DNA of 63,836 bases, counting the filler, from Folioceros fuciformis (lineage: Eukaryota): assembly GCA_049999805.1 (NCBI GenBank). It is 9 parts of 9 records of this genome, joined end to end, with 100 filler letters (N's around TTAATTAATTAA, not from the genome) between each part and the next. Parts side by side here need not be neighbours in the genome. Positions count along the whole stretch, not along the records: positions 1 to 5,315 come from JBNGIO010004381.1; positions 5,416 to 7,429 come from JBNGIO010004383.1; positions 7,530 to 18,275 come from JBNGIO010004384.1; 6 more parts are not named here. One strand, given 5' to 3'. Below the pieces are notes generated by a model. The model did no database searches. It saw only the letters and a list, made by a program, of their open reading frames with translations, and was not told where the DNA came from. A program made the translations under genes and the position numbers. Positions 1-12,710 of the stretch are shown here, piece by piece (the first letter of the stretch is position 1; every line of letters starts with the position of its first letter).

Positions 1-1958
1 GGAGCTCAAATGGCGGTTGTTCATTAAGGTGGTTCTTGGATTGGTGAACTATTAACGCACCTCATATTTCAGCAATGCTTTCCTCCACTTCCTTTGGAGA
101 GTGACTCAAGGAGCAAAGCCAGACTAGGGGTTAATTATGTATGAGGCGTATACCTACCATAGGGAGAAGTTGCTCAAGCCAAACGGTAGGGAGGGGGGGA
201 GTGCACGTCCTTGCTACCTTTCGACTTACTTGGTGCACTTATGGAAGACAAAAGGGTTGTTAACACAAGAGGAGTTGGAGGAGGCGGAACAACCTTTTGT
301 AGTTGTCCCGTTGCAGGGGGAGGCTTTTATTTTCAGTGGAGTGTGGACCCCTCTTATGGATGAGGAGTCCCCACTTGATTCCGAATCAGCCATGGCAGCC
401 TATGATGAGTCTGATGAAGATGACACCCCGTTGATACGGAGACCTAGGGAGCAGCAAAGGGACCGAAGGCTACCATCAGTCACCACCCCCGCAGCCCTAG
501 ATTCCACCCCAACTGAGATGGGGACAGTGAGGGATCCTGGACCAAGCTAGCCAATAGTTGAAGTAGGGTACCAGGTAGGGGATTTGGCGATGACACTATT
601 AGTGCAAGCACATAGTGGAGCACTAGATTTGGGGAGCAGGAGCCCAATGAATTGGGAAGTAGCCCGAGGAGCACACGCCACAAGCCAAGGTAACGACACT
701 TCGTTGGGAGTGTGGAGGAACATCATTTAGTGTGGCCAACAGCTACAACACATCAATTGGGGAGAGGCCCATGCAATGATTGCAGCCCTACTACAGGAGG
801 ATATAAGTCGGGATGCAAACCAGGCACGACTAGAATCCAAAGTGCAGGAATTGGAAAAGGAGCGAGAATAGTATCTCCTCAAGGATGGTGAGCAAAGGCA
901 AGGATTGGAGAAGTTGACCCAGTAGGTGACCACGTTGCAGACTTCCCAACAAGGTTTATCACATGAGATCATTGCATGTCGAAGGGACCTCGCCCAGTCT
1001 GAGGAAACTAGGAAGGTGGTGGAGGAACAGCTACAGGAACAAGTCTACGTTGCAAAGGATTCACAAGGCAAGCTAGATGAGTTGGAGGCACAGAATGCTA
1101 AAGCAAACCAGGAACTCCAACAACGACTTGAAGCAGGGCAACGAGAGCGAGTGGAGAGGGAAGAATTGACCATCCAATTAGAAGACCTTCAGCAGCAGAA
1201 AGCACAACAAGAAGCTGAGCACCAGACCAAGATTCACATGATGCTGGTGGTTCGAGCTTGTAGGTTTCGTGCTGACTATACCTACTTGACAGGGTGCATG
1301 ACCAAGCAAGCTTCATGCAACTCATCAAGAAAACCTTGACCTACAGTTGAAGGTAGGGGTAATGGAGGCTGAACGGGATATCTACAAGAGTAGATGCGAG
1401 GGTGGGGATTTGGTTGTTGACATGGATACCATAGATCTAGCTCAACAGAATCGCAACCTCCACCTACACCAACATCTACTCGCTCATCACAAGGAACTGG
1501 CAGCATTGGCAAGGCGCAGGTATCTTGGGCCACATGATGACGACCGTGAGGCCCTGGAGACAGTGCCCCTACCAATAGACTTTCAAGAGGAGAGCAGTAT
1601 GGACCTGGAGAGCTTGCAATGGGAACCTGAGGAGCTGCTATGGGCTAGGAAGAGCATGCAACAAGGGGTACCTACTCCCGTAGGGAACCTACCTACGAGA
1701 GGAGGGGAAGGAATGGTAGGTACCCTACCTACGGAGGGAACATTCCCACCCTACGTAGGGAAGGAGCCTCAAGTTGAGGAACAAGGGGAACCCTCCCCAA
1801 CCAAACTTGTAGGTGGTGGTGAAGGGATAGCCCAAGAGATCCACACAGAGGAAGGTACGGTGGAAGCTCATGGATCCAAAAGAAGACGAATCCCAATAAT
1901 GGAGGGGGGCCCAGTGGCTCAACCTTCAGACTCTGCCTCCCTTCAAGAGCCATCCTAG
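1..1958 (+). pseudogene. Decayed accessory ORF of a Ty3/Gypsy element (acidic linker plus long coiled coil)
   Basis: ORF pieces 137-550, 926-1339 and 1347-1958 join into one stop/frameshift-broken protein. Near-identical inverted copy at 18640-20185. Lies upstream of a gag ORF across a 100-N gap. Confidence 0.65.
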
Positions 1959-1984
1959 CCATACCTTTTTGAAAAAGGGGGTCA

Positions 1985-2923
1985 ATGAATCTTTTATGGC
2001 GGCACCGACAGTCCTAATCTTCATCGGCGCACACTGCCTTAGCAACTATTGGTAGGTCTTAGCCTCTTGGTAGGTGTGTGTAGTTAAAGCTGGCCGTGGC
2101 TAGTGGTAGGTAGGAAGCCGTCTGCCATCCTATATAAGTAGAACAAAGAACTTGAGCCAAGCCCCCGTTCTTTGATTGTAAGCGTTTCGTGGTGAATAGA
2201 GAACCAATTTTTGTAAGCTTGCGTGGACATCCTGGCGGAAGGGGGAGCTGTGAGTACCCTTTTTGTTGCCGATCACAAAGGTTCTTGTGATGTTTGGTTG
2301 GGAGTGCTTCACGTAGGGAAACGCGGGATTGGATCGTGTGGGAGGTGTTGTGAGGAGACCCGTGGGGAAAGGTGTTGGGTGTAGGTAGTTGGAAGTTGGT
2401 AAGGGGAGGTACTGGGGCGCTTCCAAGTGAAGGAATGGTGCCTTCCTACTAACTGGACATGTTGAAGGTACGCGAGAAAGGTTGAATGTCGTAGGCGAAC
2501 TTGTTGGTTGCTGGGCGTAGAGGAGACGAGCAACTAGATTGTGGGTAGAGGGAGGTGTTGTAGGGAGCCTTGTGAGGGAAAGGTGTTGAGTGTAGGAAGG
2601 TAGAAAATCGGTAGGGGAGGTATTGGGGCCCTTCCAAGTGAAGGAATGGTGCCTACCTACTGACGGGACATGTTGCCGGATTGGTAGGAACGTGATTGGA
2701 AGGTAAAAATCGATAGGCGAGGTACTGGGGCCCTTCCAAGTGAAGGAATGTTGCCTACCTATTGATGGGATGTGTGGTCAGATTGGTAGGTACGTGGTTG
2801 GGAGAGTTGACTAGTGTAGGGGAGCGATAGACGTAGCTGACCAGGCTTAGAGGGGAGCGATTCCGGGGAAACCTACAACGACCGTGGGATTGATGTGGCC
2901 ACGATACATGTGAGCGGGTGCCT
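1985..2923 (+). mobile_element. LTR-like promoter/R/U5 segment of an Athila-like element
   Basis: TATATAA at ~2131. CAACGACCGTGGGAT..GTGGCCAC (2876-2902) matches the U5 core of the LTR ends at 5907-6175, 30764-30879 and 38780-38895. Followed by a gap, then gag. Confidence 0.55.
2399..2780 (+). repeat. Three dispersed ~65-bp copies with a CCTTC-CAAGT-GAAGG hairpin
   Basis: GGGG(C/G)(C/G)CTTCCAAGTGAAGGAATG..GCCT at ~2415, ~2625 and ~2727. Confidence 0.7.
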
Positions 2924-3023
2924 NNNNNNNNNNNNNNNNNNNNNNNNNNNNNNNNNNNNNNNNNNNNNNNNNNNNNNNNNNNNNNNNNNNNNNNNNNNNN
3001 NNNNNNNNNNNNNNNNNNNNNNN

Positions 3024-5315
3024 GTGGATGCGTGAGGGAAGTGAGACCAAACGTGAGGATATTAAAACACCACCTACTGCAAGGAGTCTTCGTGCAGCAC
3101 GGAGGGAACAAATTAGGGAGCCTCAAGAGAGAGAGCGAAGAACATCTTCAACGACTCGATTTATTCGAGGAGGGCGAGTGGTGTCCTCTCTTTTGGAGGA
3201 AGGTGAACGTGGAGAGCATGGGGAGGTTGTGGGAAACATTGGCGGCTCATCTCCGTTGAACGTTTCCCATCTCACTGGGAGGTTTGTTGGAACCTCATCG
3301 ACGCAGGAAGTTGGGGTTGTTCAGGTTGTGCTACCCGTTCCCACCTCACCTCAAGAAAACTCTACCATGAGTGGGGGAGGGGTGAGTTCTTTGATTGGTG
3401 GGTTGTCACAACCTCATACACGACAGCATTATGTGAAGTTTGGGGACAAGAAGTGGGATTCAGACATAGAGGCATTCATTCGCACCTTTGAGCATGTTTC
3501 CCATGCCAACTTGGAAGGAACCGTTGAAGACCGATTACGGATATTTCTAGGCTTATTACGAGGGCACGCTCAACAGTGGTATAGCCGAACGTATGAAGCT
3601 GCAGGACCTCCTGATTGGGATTCACTTTGAGCTGCATTCTTGGACAGATTCAGGGGTTTGAGCTATGCGAATCATACCTTGGTCAAGTTAAAAACTTTGA
3701 GAAGGAAGCGGCGAGAGAGTTTGTACGACTATGTGGAACGTTTCTATGGGTACTTGGATCGAGTACCCAAGTGTCCGCCAATTCACCCAAGCACCCTACC
3801 TACTCCAGGCTACTCACAGGAGCAAGCCCTTGATTGGTTCGTCAGTGGACTTTCGAAGGAGATGAACAAGTATTGTCAACGGGGCACTAAGACATTGGAT
3901 GGAGCAGTGAAGTTAGCAGAGGAATGGGAGTCGGCTGAACAAGGGAGCGCCAAGGACGAGAAGTCGAAAAAGAGAAAGAAGAAACATTCTCGGGGAGTGG
4001 ACTCCTCATCTTCAGATGATTTGAGCTCATTGGAGGATTCTAGCTCCATTGAGAAGGGGAGTGAGAGTGATTCAGACACAGAAACGACATCTGCAAGTGA
4101 GTCCAAAAGGACCTACAACCGTAGGTTGAAGCAAGATTTGGCTAAGGCCTGTAGGAGGAGGGAGGAGCTTGAGCAAGATGTGAAGGACAAGGGAGCACGA
4201 CAAAGTCATTCAGGAAAGGCGTCAAAAGATAGTAGTATGTTGGAGCAAATTGACACCTTAACTAAGCGACTCACGGAATTTGAGGTTAAAGCCCTCAAAA
4301 GCCACACTCCATGCCGATCTCCATCACCAGGTAGGCAGCAAGTATATTGCTTGATTTGCCATCAATCAGGGCACACACATCGTGAGTGCACACGGGCTCC
4401 AAGACATGTTGTGAACCAAGTGGAATCCTATGTGCTTGGGGATTATTGGTACGTAGACGAGGCCTACCAAGTTCAAGCCGTGACAGGAGGGAGACCGCCG
4501 CAGTCGATGCGACCTACCTACCAACCAGCTGCACCTCCTACCATGAGGTATGGGAACCAGCCCAGTTCACCAGGGCCGTGGAGACCAGATTCATCGCAAC
4601 GACCTCTCTCGGTGCCAATAGGATGGTACTATAACTGCGGGCTACCCAAAGATTATGCAAGTGATTGTACTGAGCCTCGGCGGCAGATGGGATATGTTCC
4701 CTTCTGCCAAGTCTACAAGGAATTGGGACATAAGGCTGGGGATGCATGATGTAGTGGTGTCAATCGAACAGTTCCTACGAGACCAGGGGCCCGTTTTGCG
4801 GAGCCACCAGTAGACACACAACCCGCTAAAACAGAGACAGCCATCACGGTCACGTCCACTCCAATCCTTATGGTGGAGACGGAGACATTGGGGGACCTTA
4901 AGCCTTCGGTAGTGTTTGTTGAACCTGGTTATGAAGGGGAAACAAGCGATGGGGAGGAGGAAATGGTGGCCCGAGTAACCACCCGTGCCGAATGTCGGGA
5001 GAAGGATCGGCAGTTGGAGAAACGAAGAGACCGAGAGGAGCGACAACGGAAGAAGAAGTCACAAAAGCCATCCAATGGAATGACTGAACTTGGGGCAACT
5101 GTACCCCCATCATCTTCCCCAAATGGTAGGGAGTCCACTCCACAACTAAGCGAGATGATGGAAGACGCCAGAACGGGTGTTCAGGAGGAAGGACCCCTTA
5201 CCTTACCTCCTGAAATTAGTAGGGAGGTTGCAGACATGTTGGAAGGTGAGCTACAGAGACTTACAAATTGTGTAGGGAGAAAGGATCCCTCCCTACCTAA
5301 TGAGGTAATTGAGAA
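3024..5315 (+). mobile_element. Ty3/Gypsy gag (pseudogenised), with zinc knuckles
   Basis: Retrotransposon gag-like core (YVKFGDK..FIRTFE..LRGHAQQWY..W), CLICHQSGHTHREC knuckle and degenerate knuckles. Stops at 3630 and 4749. Confidence 0.8.
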
Positions 5316-5415
5316 NNNNNNNNNNNNNNNNNNNNNNNNNNNNNNNNNNNNNNNNNNNNTTAATTAATTAANNNNNNNNNNNNNNNNNNNNNNNNNNNNN
5401 NNNNNNNNNNNNNNN
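5316..5415. other. Assembly linker N44-TTAATTAATTAA-N44. Also at 7430-7529, 18276-18375, 25782-25881, 30664-30763, 38207-38306, 45704-45803 and 53410-53509
   Basis: Identical all-frame-stop 12-mer centred in 100-nt N blocks, seen eight times. Confidence 0.95.
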
Positions 5416-6175
5416 TTGGTTAATTGACCAGGAAATAGTTGGTTTGGTTATTAGAGTGGGTATAGGTTTGGTCCCAGACCTGGGAAAGTTTAGGTCCGGT
5501 ACCGGGCAATAGGGTTATTAAAGCCCAATGTAATTAAACTAATGTGATTAGTCTAATTAAACTAATGTGATTAGCCTAATTAAACTAATGTGATTAGCCT
5601 AATTAAACCAATGTGATTAGTCTAATTAAACTAATGTGATTAGTCTAATATTAGTATCTAATTAAGTATCATTAGTTTAGATTAGCTTAAGCTAATTTTT
5701 AGAAAGCTTCCTGCATAGCTTCTTGTGAAGCTTCCTGCGAGCTTTTTGTGAAGCTTTTCTAGAGGGTATGAATACCCTCTGGAGCTCCCTTTGCAAGAGA
5801 GATGTGAGAGACACTATGAGAGATGAGAGAGAGCTGTGAGAGACATTGTGAGACCTCTCTTTCTCCTCTCCTCTTCGTGAGTTCGACTCTCCATCCACAG
5901 TAGCAAGGAACCCCATCGCTCCTTCGTGGGAACAAAACCCAATGTCTCAATGACAGTGGGATAAGTGTGGCCACTAAAGGTGGAACTCGTCGGCAATCNN
6001 NNNNNNNNNNNNNNNNNNNNNNNNNNNNNNNNNNNNNNNNNNNNNNNNNNNNNNNNNNNNNNNNNNNNNNNNNNNNNNNNNNNNNNNNNNNNNNNNNNGA
6101 TTAGCCTAATTAAACCAATGTGATTAGTCTAATGTGAACCCGTCGGCAAACAGTGCCCGGGGTTTTGCCTCCACA
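5416..6175 (+). mobile_element. 5' LTR of an Athila-like Gypsy element (contains a gap)
   Basis: Ends ...GGTTTTGCCTCCACA directly before a PBS. TATA-like GGGTATGAATACCC at ~5764. Homologous to 59181-59430. Confidence 0.8.
5531..5648 (+). repeat. 23-bp tandem repeat (TAATTAAACTAATGTGATTAGYC), ~5 copies, in LTR U3
   Basis: Direct inspection. Confidence 0.85.
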
Positions 6176-6179
6176 TTTT

Positions 6180-6197
6180 TGGCGCCATTGCCGGGGA
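6180..6197 (+). promoter_or_regulatory. Primer-binding site, tRNA-Asp type (TGGCGCCATTGCCGGGGA)
   Basis: 4 nt after the LTR-terminal CA. One mismatch to the Athila-type PBS TGGCGCCGTTGCCGGGGA. Confidence 0.8.
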
Positions 6198-6251
6198 GCG
6201 GCTTGGAAGTTTCTTTTGCTGATCGGATGGAGAGTCTAAGTTGTCCTGTAG

Positions 6252-7429
6252 ATGTCTGGTGGAAGAGGTGATCGCAGAACTGGTAGAGGGAGAGCAGCTG
6301 TAACCCCTTCACCTAGGGATCTACGTGCAACAAGGAGGAATTTGTTGAGAGGAGAGAGTAGCTTGACCCCTAAGGCTAGCACCCTTGTGGAGGAGGAGCT
6401 GCCTTGGTCAAGTGGAGAGCACGAATCTGAAGGGTCGATTGCCGGAGAGAGTGACACCCAAGAGGTTGGTATTACATCCGGTTGCAGGAAGGAGTCTTAC
6501 AGCCAACAAGTGGGTCGTGTTGAGAGGGAGTCCGTGTTACAGTCGAGTGTTTTGCAGTCAACTCTAGGTGATACTTCAGTCGTGGTATCATTGCTAGATA
6601 GCTTGCAGTCACTTGTTGGTGGTTAGCCAGACCCCTTGCCGGCCATTGTTCCATTGTCAGCCCCCATAGTGGTTTCAATAGGGGCTATACTTCCTACGTC
6701 AAGTATCAGCCAAGTAGGTGGAGGAGTTGCTGCAAGGATGGCTGCTCCTATTCACAGTCGTCAGCAATACGTGAAGTTTGGAGACAAGAGAAGAGGGCAG
6801 GATGCTGAATCCTTCCTAAGGACGTTCGAGCATGTGTCTCGTGCCAACATGGAGGACACTACAGCTGATCGTTTGAGGATCTTTCCAGGTTTGCTGAGAG
6901 GACAAGCTCAGCAATGGTACAGCCGGACATATGGAGTGACACCACCAATGGATTGGGACAGCCTGAAGGACGATTTCTTGACCAGGTTTCGAGGTCTCAG
7001 CCATGGCCATCACACCTACGCGAGGTTGAGGACTTTGAAGCAAGGAAGGAAGGAGGATCTCTATGATTACATTGAGAGGTTCTACAGCTATGTGGATAGG
7101 ATCCCACTTGGTAGGCCAGTTGTTCCAGGAGGTCCGAGTACTCCAAGGTACACGGATGCTCAAGCTTTGGATTGGTTTGCTGGAGGACTGCCCGATCGGA
7201 TGGCAACCTACTGCACGAGAGGTGTGACCACTTTGCAGGAGGCTTTGAAGGCTGCTGAAGATTTTGAGCTATCGGAGTTGAGCAGAGAGAAGAGGAAGCA
7301 GAACCGAAAGTATGGGCATCATAGGAGGTCGAGGCATCACAGCCCATCTTCCTCTTCAAGATCGAGGTCACCGTCTCACTCCGATCCGGATTATGACAGC
7401 CTTGTGTCGGATCCTTACACCGATGAGGA
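6252..7429 (+). mobile_element. Ty3/Gypsy gag, truncated by linker
   Basis: Paralogous to 3420-3950 (YVKFGDK..FLRTFEHVSRAN..LLRGQAQQWYSRTY). One in-frame stop at 6626. Confidence 0.8.
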
Positions 7430-7529
7430 NNNNNNNNNNNNNNNNNNNNNNNNNNNNNNNNNNNNNNNNNNNNTTAATTAATTAANNNNNNNNNNNNNNN
7501 NNNNNNNNNNNNNNNNNNNNNNNNNNNNN

Positions 7530-10500
7530 GGAGAGGGAAAGGGAGCGGGAGAGGGAACAAAAAGAGAAAGAGCAGGAAAGGGAACAAGAAAGAGAGAGGC
7601 AGAGTGAAAGGGACAAAGAGCGAGAGAAAGAACGAGAGCGAGCTGACATAAGCAAACAAGCTGCCCAAAAGCAGAGCAAAGGAACGAAGGTTCCTGAGTT
7701 TAGGGTTAAGCCACCAGACCGTGCAGGTAAGCTTGTCTAGTGGTCTGTTCTGATCCTGTTTTTCACTGCGTGCCCTGACAAAGCTTTATGTGAGGGTGAA
7801 TTTGTGCGAAAGTTAAAATCCGCTATATTTCTGAATCCTCAGCTTCTGCAACTGCGGTTTCTGCGGCCTCCTCTGTCTTGGCCACGTGTCCTCCAGCTGG
7901 AGGCAGCGGCTCTAGTAGTGTGACCTCTAGTGTGGGTGCACTTCCCATTTCTATGGGCATGTCTGGCTGGCCCTATGGGTGAGTTTAGCAAACCGCTTTT
8001 TCCATGATAATGTTGCTCCCCACTCTCGATGGCCGTCCCTGAATGACTATTGAAACTGGTTTTTAGCAGCTACTATGGATCTGCAGCTGCTGCTGTAGCA
8101 GCTGCTGCTTGCTCTATAAATGCAGCTATCCCAGCAGAAGAAAACAACAACCCTCCTGCTGCCCAGGTCTCCTCTCTCGACCATGTGATTGTACCTCCTG
8201 TCTCATTCATGTCTCTACATTTTATGCTGACTCTGTCAAATTTCTATCACTTTTTGTGTCCCTTATACCCTTTTCGTCATGGTGATCTCTTGCATGGGTA
8301 AGTGACAAGATTGTGTGGTGTGCGTGATGTTAAGCAGGCTGCACCTTATCCGGTTCTAAGAAACAATTGGAAGCGCTGTGCTTCACATGTATATATTGCT
8401 CATTTTATTGACTACCAGCAACAGATCAGTCGTCATCCTTATTTTGGTTCAGCCTATCAAAACTCAGCAGCTGGTGTGTTTGGGGGAAAGCCATACAACC
8501 TTAACGTGCCTTTAGTCCCTCAAGAGACTGTGTTTGGCAGTGCATCAGGGGCAACTGGTGCTGGAGTTCCAGGGGCCCCTGCAGCAGGTGCAGGAGCACC
8601 CAGCACTGGGCTTGGTGCTGGAGGCATGAACGAGCGAAGTCTTGGAGCTGCGTCACATGCGGCAGCAGTAAATGCACAGGCAGCTAAAGAACGAGCAGCT
8701 GCCCCTTATATTGATGTTCTTTCTAGGAAGCAACCTTCCCAGCAGCAGCATTCTTCCCATCAGCAGCAAGGTCTAACGCTGCAGGTGACTTGCCTCTACG
8801 CCTTAATCCAGTTGGTTGGTTAATGTAAGTTGATTCACAGAAGGCTTGTAGCTGACCTTGTTAAGCTTTTGATCACAGGCTGGTGCAGCGTATGGATTCC
8901 CAGTCACTCAGACTGGGTCTGCCGCTGTGGTAAATGGTGGAGCAGGCACTCTATCTGCTAATGGAGGGGCAGGTGGCACAGGACCTGGAGTTCCTATCAT
9001 TAGTGGCTCCTCAGCCGGTACAAACACCTCTGTTGGTGGTGCAGGGGCTGGAGGTGGAGCCAACAATGGCTCATTGGCCAATGCCGCAGCTGCACAGGCC
9101 CAAATGCTGCAGATGATCCAGCAGACTGGCTTTCCTTTTACGTTCCCCACTCATTTTCCGCCTACTTTCAACGGTGCAGCTGGTCATCTTACTCCCCAGC
9201 AGGTACCATCTACTCTCTTGGATTTCGCAAGCTAATTTTCTAAGGCTAAATTTGCTGGCCTGCATCGTTCCGTTTTGTTAGTCATTGCCACAGAAACAGG
9301 CTGGCGTCTCATGACCCACTGCTGTCTACCACCCTTTGTGATTGCAGGCTCAGTATTTCGCGCCCTTCTACCCCCATCTGGTTCCTGCACATCTGGCGCA
9401 GAGCCAGCAGTCAGGAAATGCTTCTGCAGCCCCACAGAAGCAGCAGCAGCAGCACTCCTCACAGCAGCAGCCTCAACACTCACAGCAGCAGCAACATGCT
9501 CAGCAGCTGCAGCAAGGAGTGCGAAATTTCTCGTCAACATCTCCACAGCAGCCGCCACAGTCGCCATCCCAATCTCAGCAAGCTCAATCTGGATCTGCCT
9601 CTCTGCAGGCACAACACCGACAGCTTGATAGGGAGACTTCTGTTACAGGGGAGGGTTCAACAGCTGACAGCAAGTTCCCGCTGAGGATGTATAGTCAACC
9701 ATCATCAAACGGCACAGTTTCTACTGCCATGGCTGCCCAGTCCACAGTGCTCGCGGCAGGGATGCAGCTCCATGGTCCAGAATATCTAATGGCTGGTCTG
9801 GGTGGAAAGCAAATGAGCAAGCAACTTCAGCAACAAGTGATGCAGCATCCACATCAACAGTCACAGCACCAGCAGGCCCTAACAGCTGGGCCTATGCAAG
9901 TGCCCTTATCCATGTCTTCTCAGTTGCAGCCACAAGGTCCAACTTTGCAGATGAGTTTGAAGGGCCTCGACACACAACAGGCGTCACAAGCTTTCTCTGC
10001 CATGTCCATGGCTGCTATGAATCGAGGAGCAGTGGGCCCTGGGCCCCTTGGCCTTGCAAGTGTAGCTGCCGTTATGGCTCCGCAAGGTCATGCCATGTTG
10101 CAGGGGGTGGTGGACCCTAGTCGGGCTCATTCCCAGCTTCAACAAAGTCCGCATCATTCGGCTGTTAGTGGTCAATCTCACCAGCAGCCAATCCAGCAAG
10201 GAACTCCTCAGCATCAACAGCGTTCGCTGCAAATGCCGCGTGAAGATAACAGATCCATGGTGGATGGGAGTACTTACACAGGCGGTAACCGGGCAAGAGA
10301 TGGCACTGACGAGCGGAAGGCCTCTGGGAAGCGAAATTCTGGTACTGGATCACCTATGTCCCGAGTAGATCTCGAGAGTCTTCCAGGCATGCCTGGACCA
10401 TCATCATCCGGAATCCCAGCTACTCGGCATGTGAACAGTGTGGGCCCAACACTGAACTTGATGACTCCAGCAAGTGGAGTTATGTCGTCCCGATCCTCCG

Positions 10501-11786
10501 TTACTTCCTCGGGGGAAGGACCTCCAGTCAACCAGAAGCAGGTCATGAGTCGCAACAAAGCTGTTGCCTCTTCAAATGTTGCTCCAGCATCAGGGCCAGG
10601 TGTATCGAGCCTTTCTTCCTTTCAAGAGAGATCTGCCTTACAAGCGGGCCTGTCGACTAAGTCGTCTGGAACTGGTCTGGGTCTGCCACTGGGGCAAAAT
10701 GCCGTTGGTACCAGCCAAGGTCAAGGCATAAGGCAGCAAGTCCATCCGGTGAAGCAGCAGCAGCTTCCTACAAGAACCTTGGGCGGTCCTCTGCCAACTG
10801 CTTCTGGTTCGAACCCTCAGGCTGTTCTCGCAGGAGCCATCAAAAGCTCCCAAAGTCAGCAAAGTCCTCGTCACAGTCAGCAACCTGTGCAGAGCGGGAG
10901 TCCTGCTGCTAGGATGTCTTCTGGTCCTGCGGGTTCACCGTCATCTGGCTCACTGCCCTTGCCTCCCCTTCCACCCACTTCGAAAGCCACAGGGACTGTT
11001 GTTGCTAAGGCTACAGCAGCAGCTAACAAGGTCACATTCCCGGCATCTCAGAAGTCATCTTCGTCAGCTTCAAGCAAGAGGTCCTCCACACCTTCTATCT
11101 TGGGGCCTACACCTCAGACTGGGACTGCTAAGCTTTCGCAGCAGATGCCTCAGCAAAATCAGCTTCATGGGTGTCAGCAGGCGCAGGTTTCCTCGCAGGT
11201 GCAACAGCAGCAGCTGCCAACGTCACCTCTTTCATCAACGTCTCTTGGACCGCCACAGCAGTATCATCCAGTGCATGCTGGTCAATCACAGGCTCATCAA
11301 AACAACAAGCAGACAATACCACAGCTTCAGCAGGCATCACAGCAGCAACACCAGCATCAGCAACAGCAAAATCAGCAACACCATCAACAGCAGCAGGTTC
11401 AACATCAGCAGCAGCAGCCTCAGCAGCCGCAGCAGGCTTCTTCACCGTTGCCGTCTGCGACTGTTGGGCCTTCACAGCAGCAGGCAGTTCAGCAGTACCA
11501 CCAACAAGCACACAGTGGGCTACAGAAACAGGGTTTGACGCAGCAGCAAGTGCAACAGCAGGCCCAGCAGCCGCCGCCTCAGCAGCCGCCGCAGCAACAG
11601 CAGCAGCCAATGCAAGTAACCAGGCAAATGTTTCAGAGTCAGCAGCAGTTTCTGCAGCAGCAGCAGCAGTCACCAACACAGGTGGATTCTCGGGGTCAGC
11701 AGCAGCAGCAGTTGATGCAACAGCAGTTGCAGCCGGCATCCTCGCAGCAGCTGCAACAGCAACCTAGCGTTGTTAATCAGTCCTGA
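7530..11786 (+). CDS. TIC: TIME FOR COFFEE-like protein, 5'-truncated. Exons ~7530-7726, 7843-7978, 8070-8166, 8338-8784, 8879-9202, 9348-11786
   Basis: TIC-type motif WKRCASHVYIAHFI preceded by LPISMGMSGWP. In-phase GT-AG introns. Q/S/P-rich C-terminus. Confidence 0.8.
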
Positions 11787-12045
11787 GTCTGTGCTAGTGA
11801 CTTTCCACGCAGTTCCAACGTAATTTGTGGGCGCTGATATTTTAGATTGTACCAAAGTAGATAATTGTAGACTACTTCGTTGGCACATTTTTACTTGTTG
11901 CCCTCTTGGTTGTATGCTCTGCACTCGTTGGCCAGTCATAGCTCGCGCTAAAGTTGGCCAAGTCTTCCAACTGTGAAAACTACTCCTGCGAAGAAGAATA
12001 CCATGAGTAACAACGTTGGTTTGAGTGCCAAGCAAGTGACCTCCA

Positions 12046-12547
12046 TGCAAAGGCGTGGTAGCGATAATAGCTTAAGGCTTAAGTAAGTGCTTAAGTAAGT
12101 AGTTGCTAAGTTAGTGACTTGAGCTTATGTATAAAAGGGGACCTAGCCAAGGGCTAAGGTAAGTTCAGTACAGTGGAGTTGAGATGAGTATCTCCTCAAA
12201 GCTTTGAGAGTACGGGGTTGTTGCTTGGGCTATGCCTTGAGAGCATGTGTTGCTTGGGTGTGGGAGGAGGTCAAGAGAAGGGAGAGCTAAACTCCTAGCT
12301 TAGGCAAAGATGGGGAGTTCTCTCTAGCCCTCCAGCTCTATATGTTCTTGTTGACTCGTGATTTGAATAAAGAGCAACAGCAGCAAGGGTGCTGGCTGCG
12401 AGTCTTCCTAAAAGAGGAGGGCGGGCTACTTGGAGGCCTAGTGCTGTGTCCGGTGTTTAAACCTGACCCTTGTTTTGGCTTCTAACACCCTTGTTTTGGC
12501 TTCTAACTGCGTGGTTCTGCCCCACCCCGTTGTAAGGGGGTGTTACT
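12046..12547 (+). mobile_element. Solo LTR (~500 bp), chromovirus-like termini TGCAA...GGGGTGTTAC(T)
   Basis: TATAAAA at ~12130, AATAAA at ~12366, CTCCA at 12041-12045 and 12546-12550. Inverted copy at 17953-18275. Confidence 0.7.
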
Positions 12548-12710
12548 CCACGCCACATTTGTGTAAGTGCTATCGGGAAAATATTGTATTGCCGTAACAC
12601 AAAACCTCTTGAAATTTCCAGCGAGCAGCTTCATGACTAATCAACCGATCCAATTTGTGCGACTGCACAGTGACGCACACCTCGTCATGGACAGCAATTA
12701 CATTTCCACA

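Noticed and set aside
5360-5371. Recurrent TTAATTAATTAA as a biological repeat or recombination site
   Set aside because: Always centred in N44 blocks; a synthetic contig linker
10999-11767. Overlapping Ala-rich and Ser-rich ORFs
   Set aside because: Alternative frames of CAG-rich polyQ coding sequence
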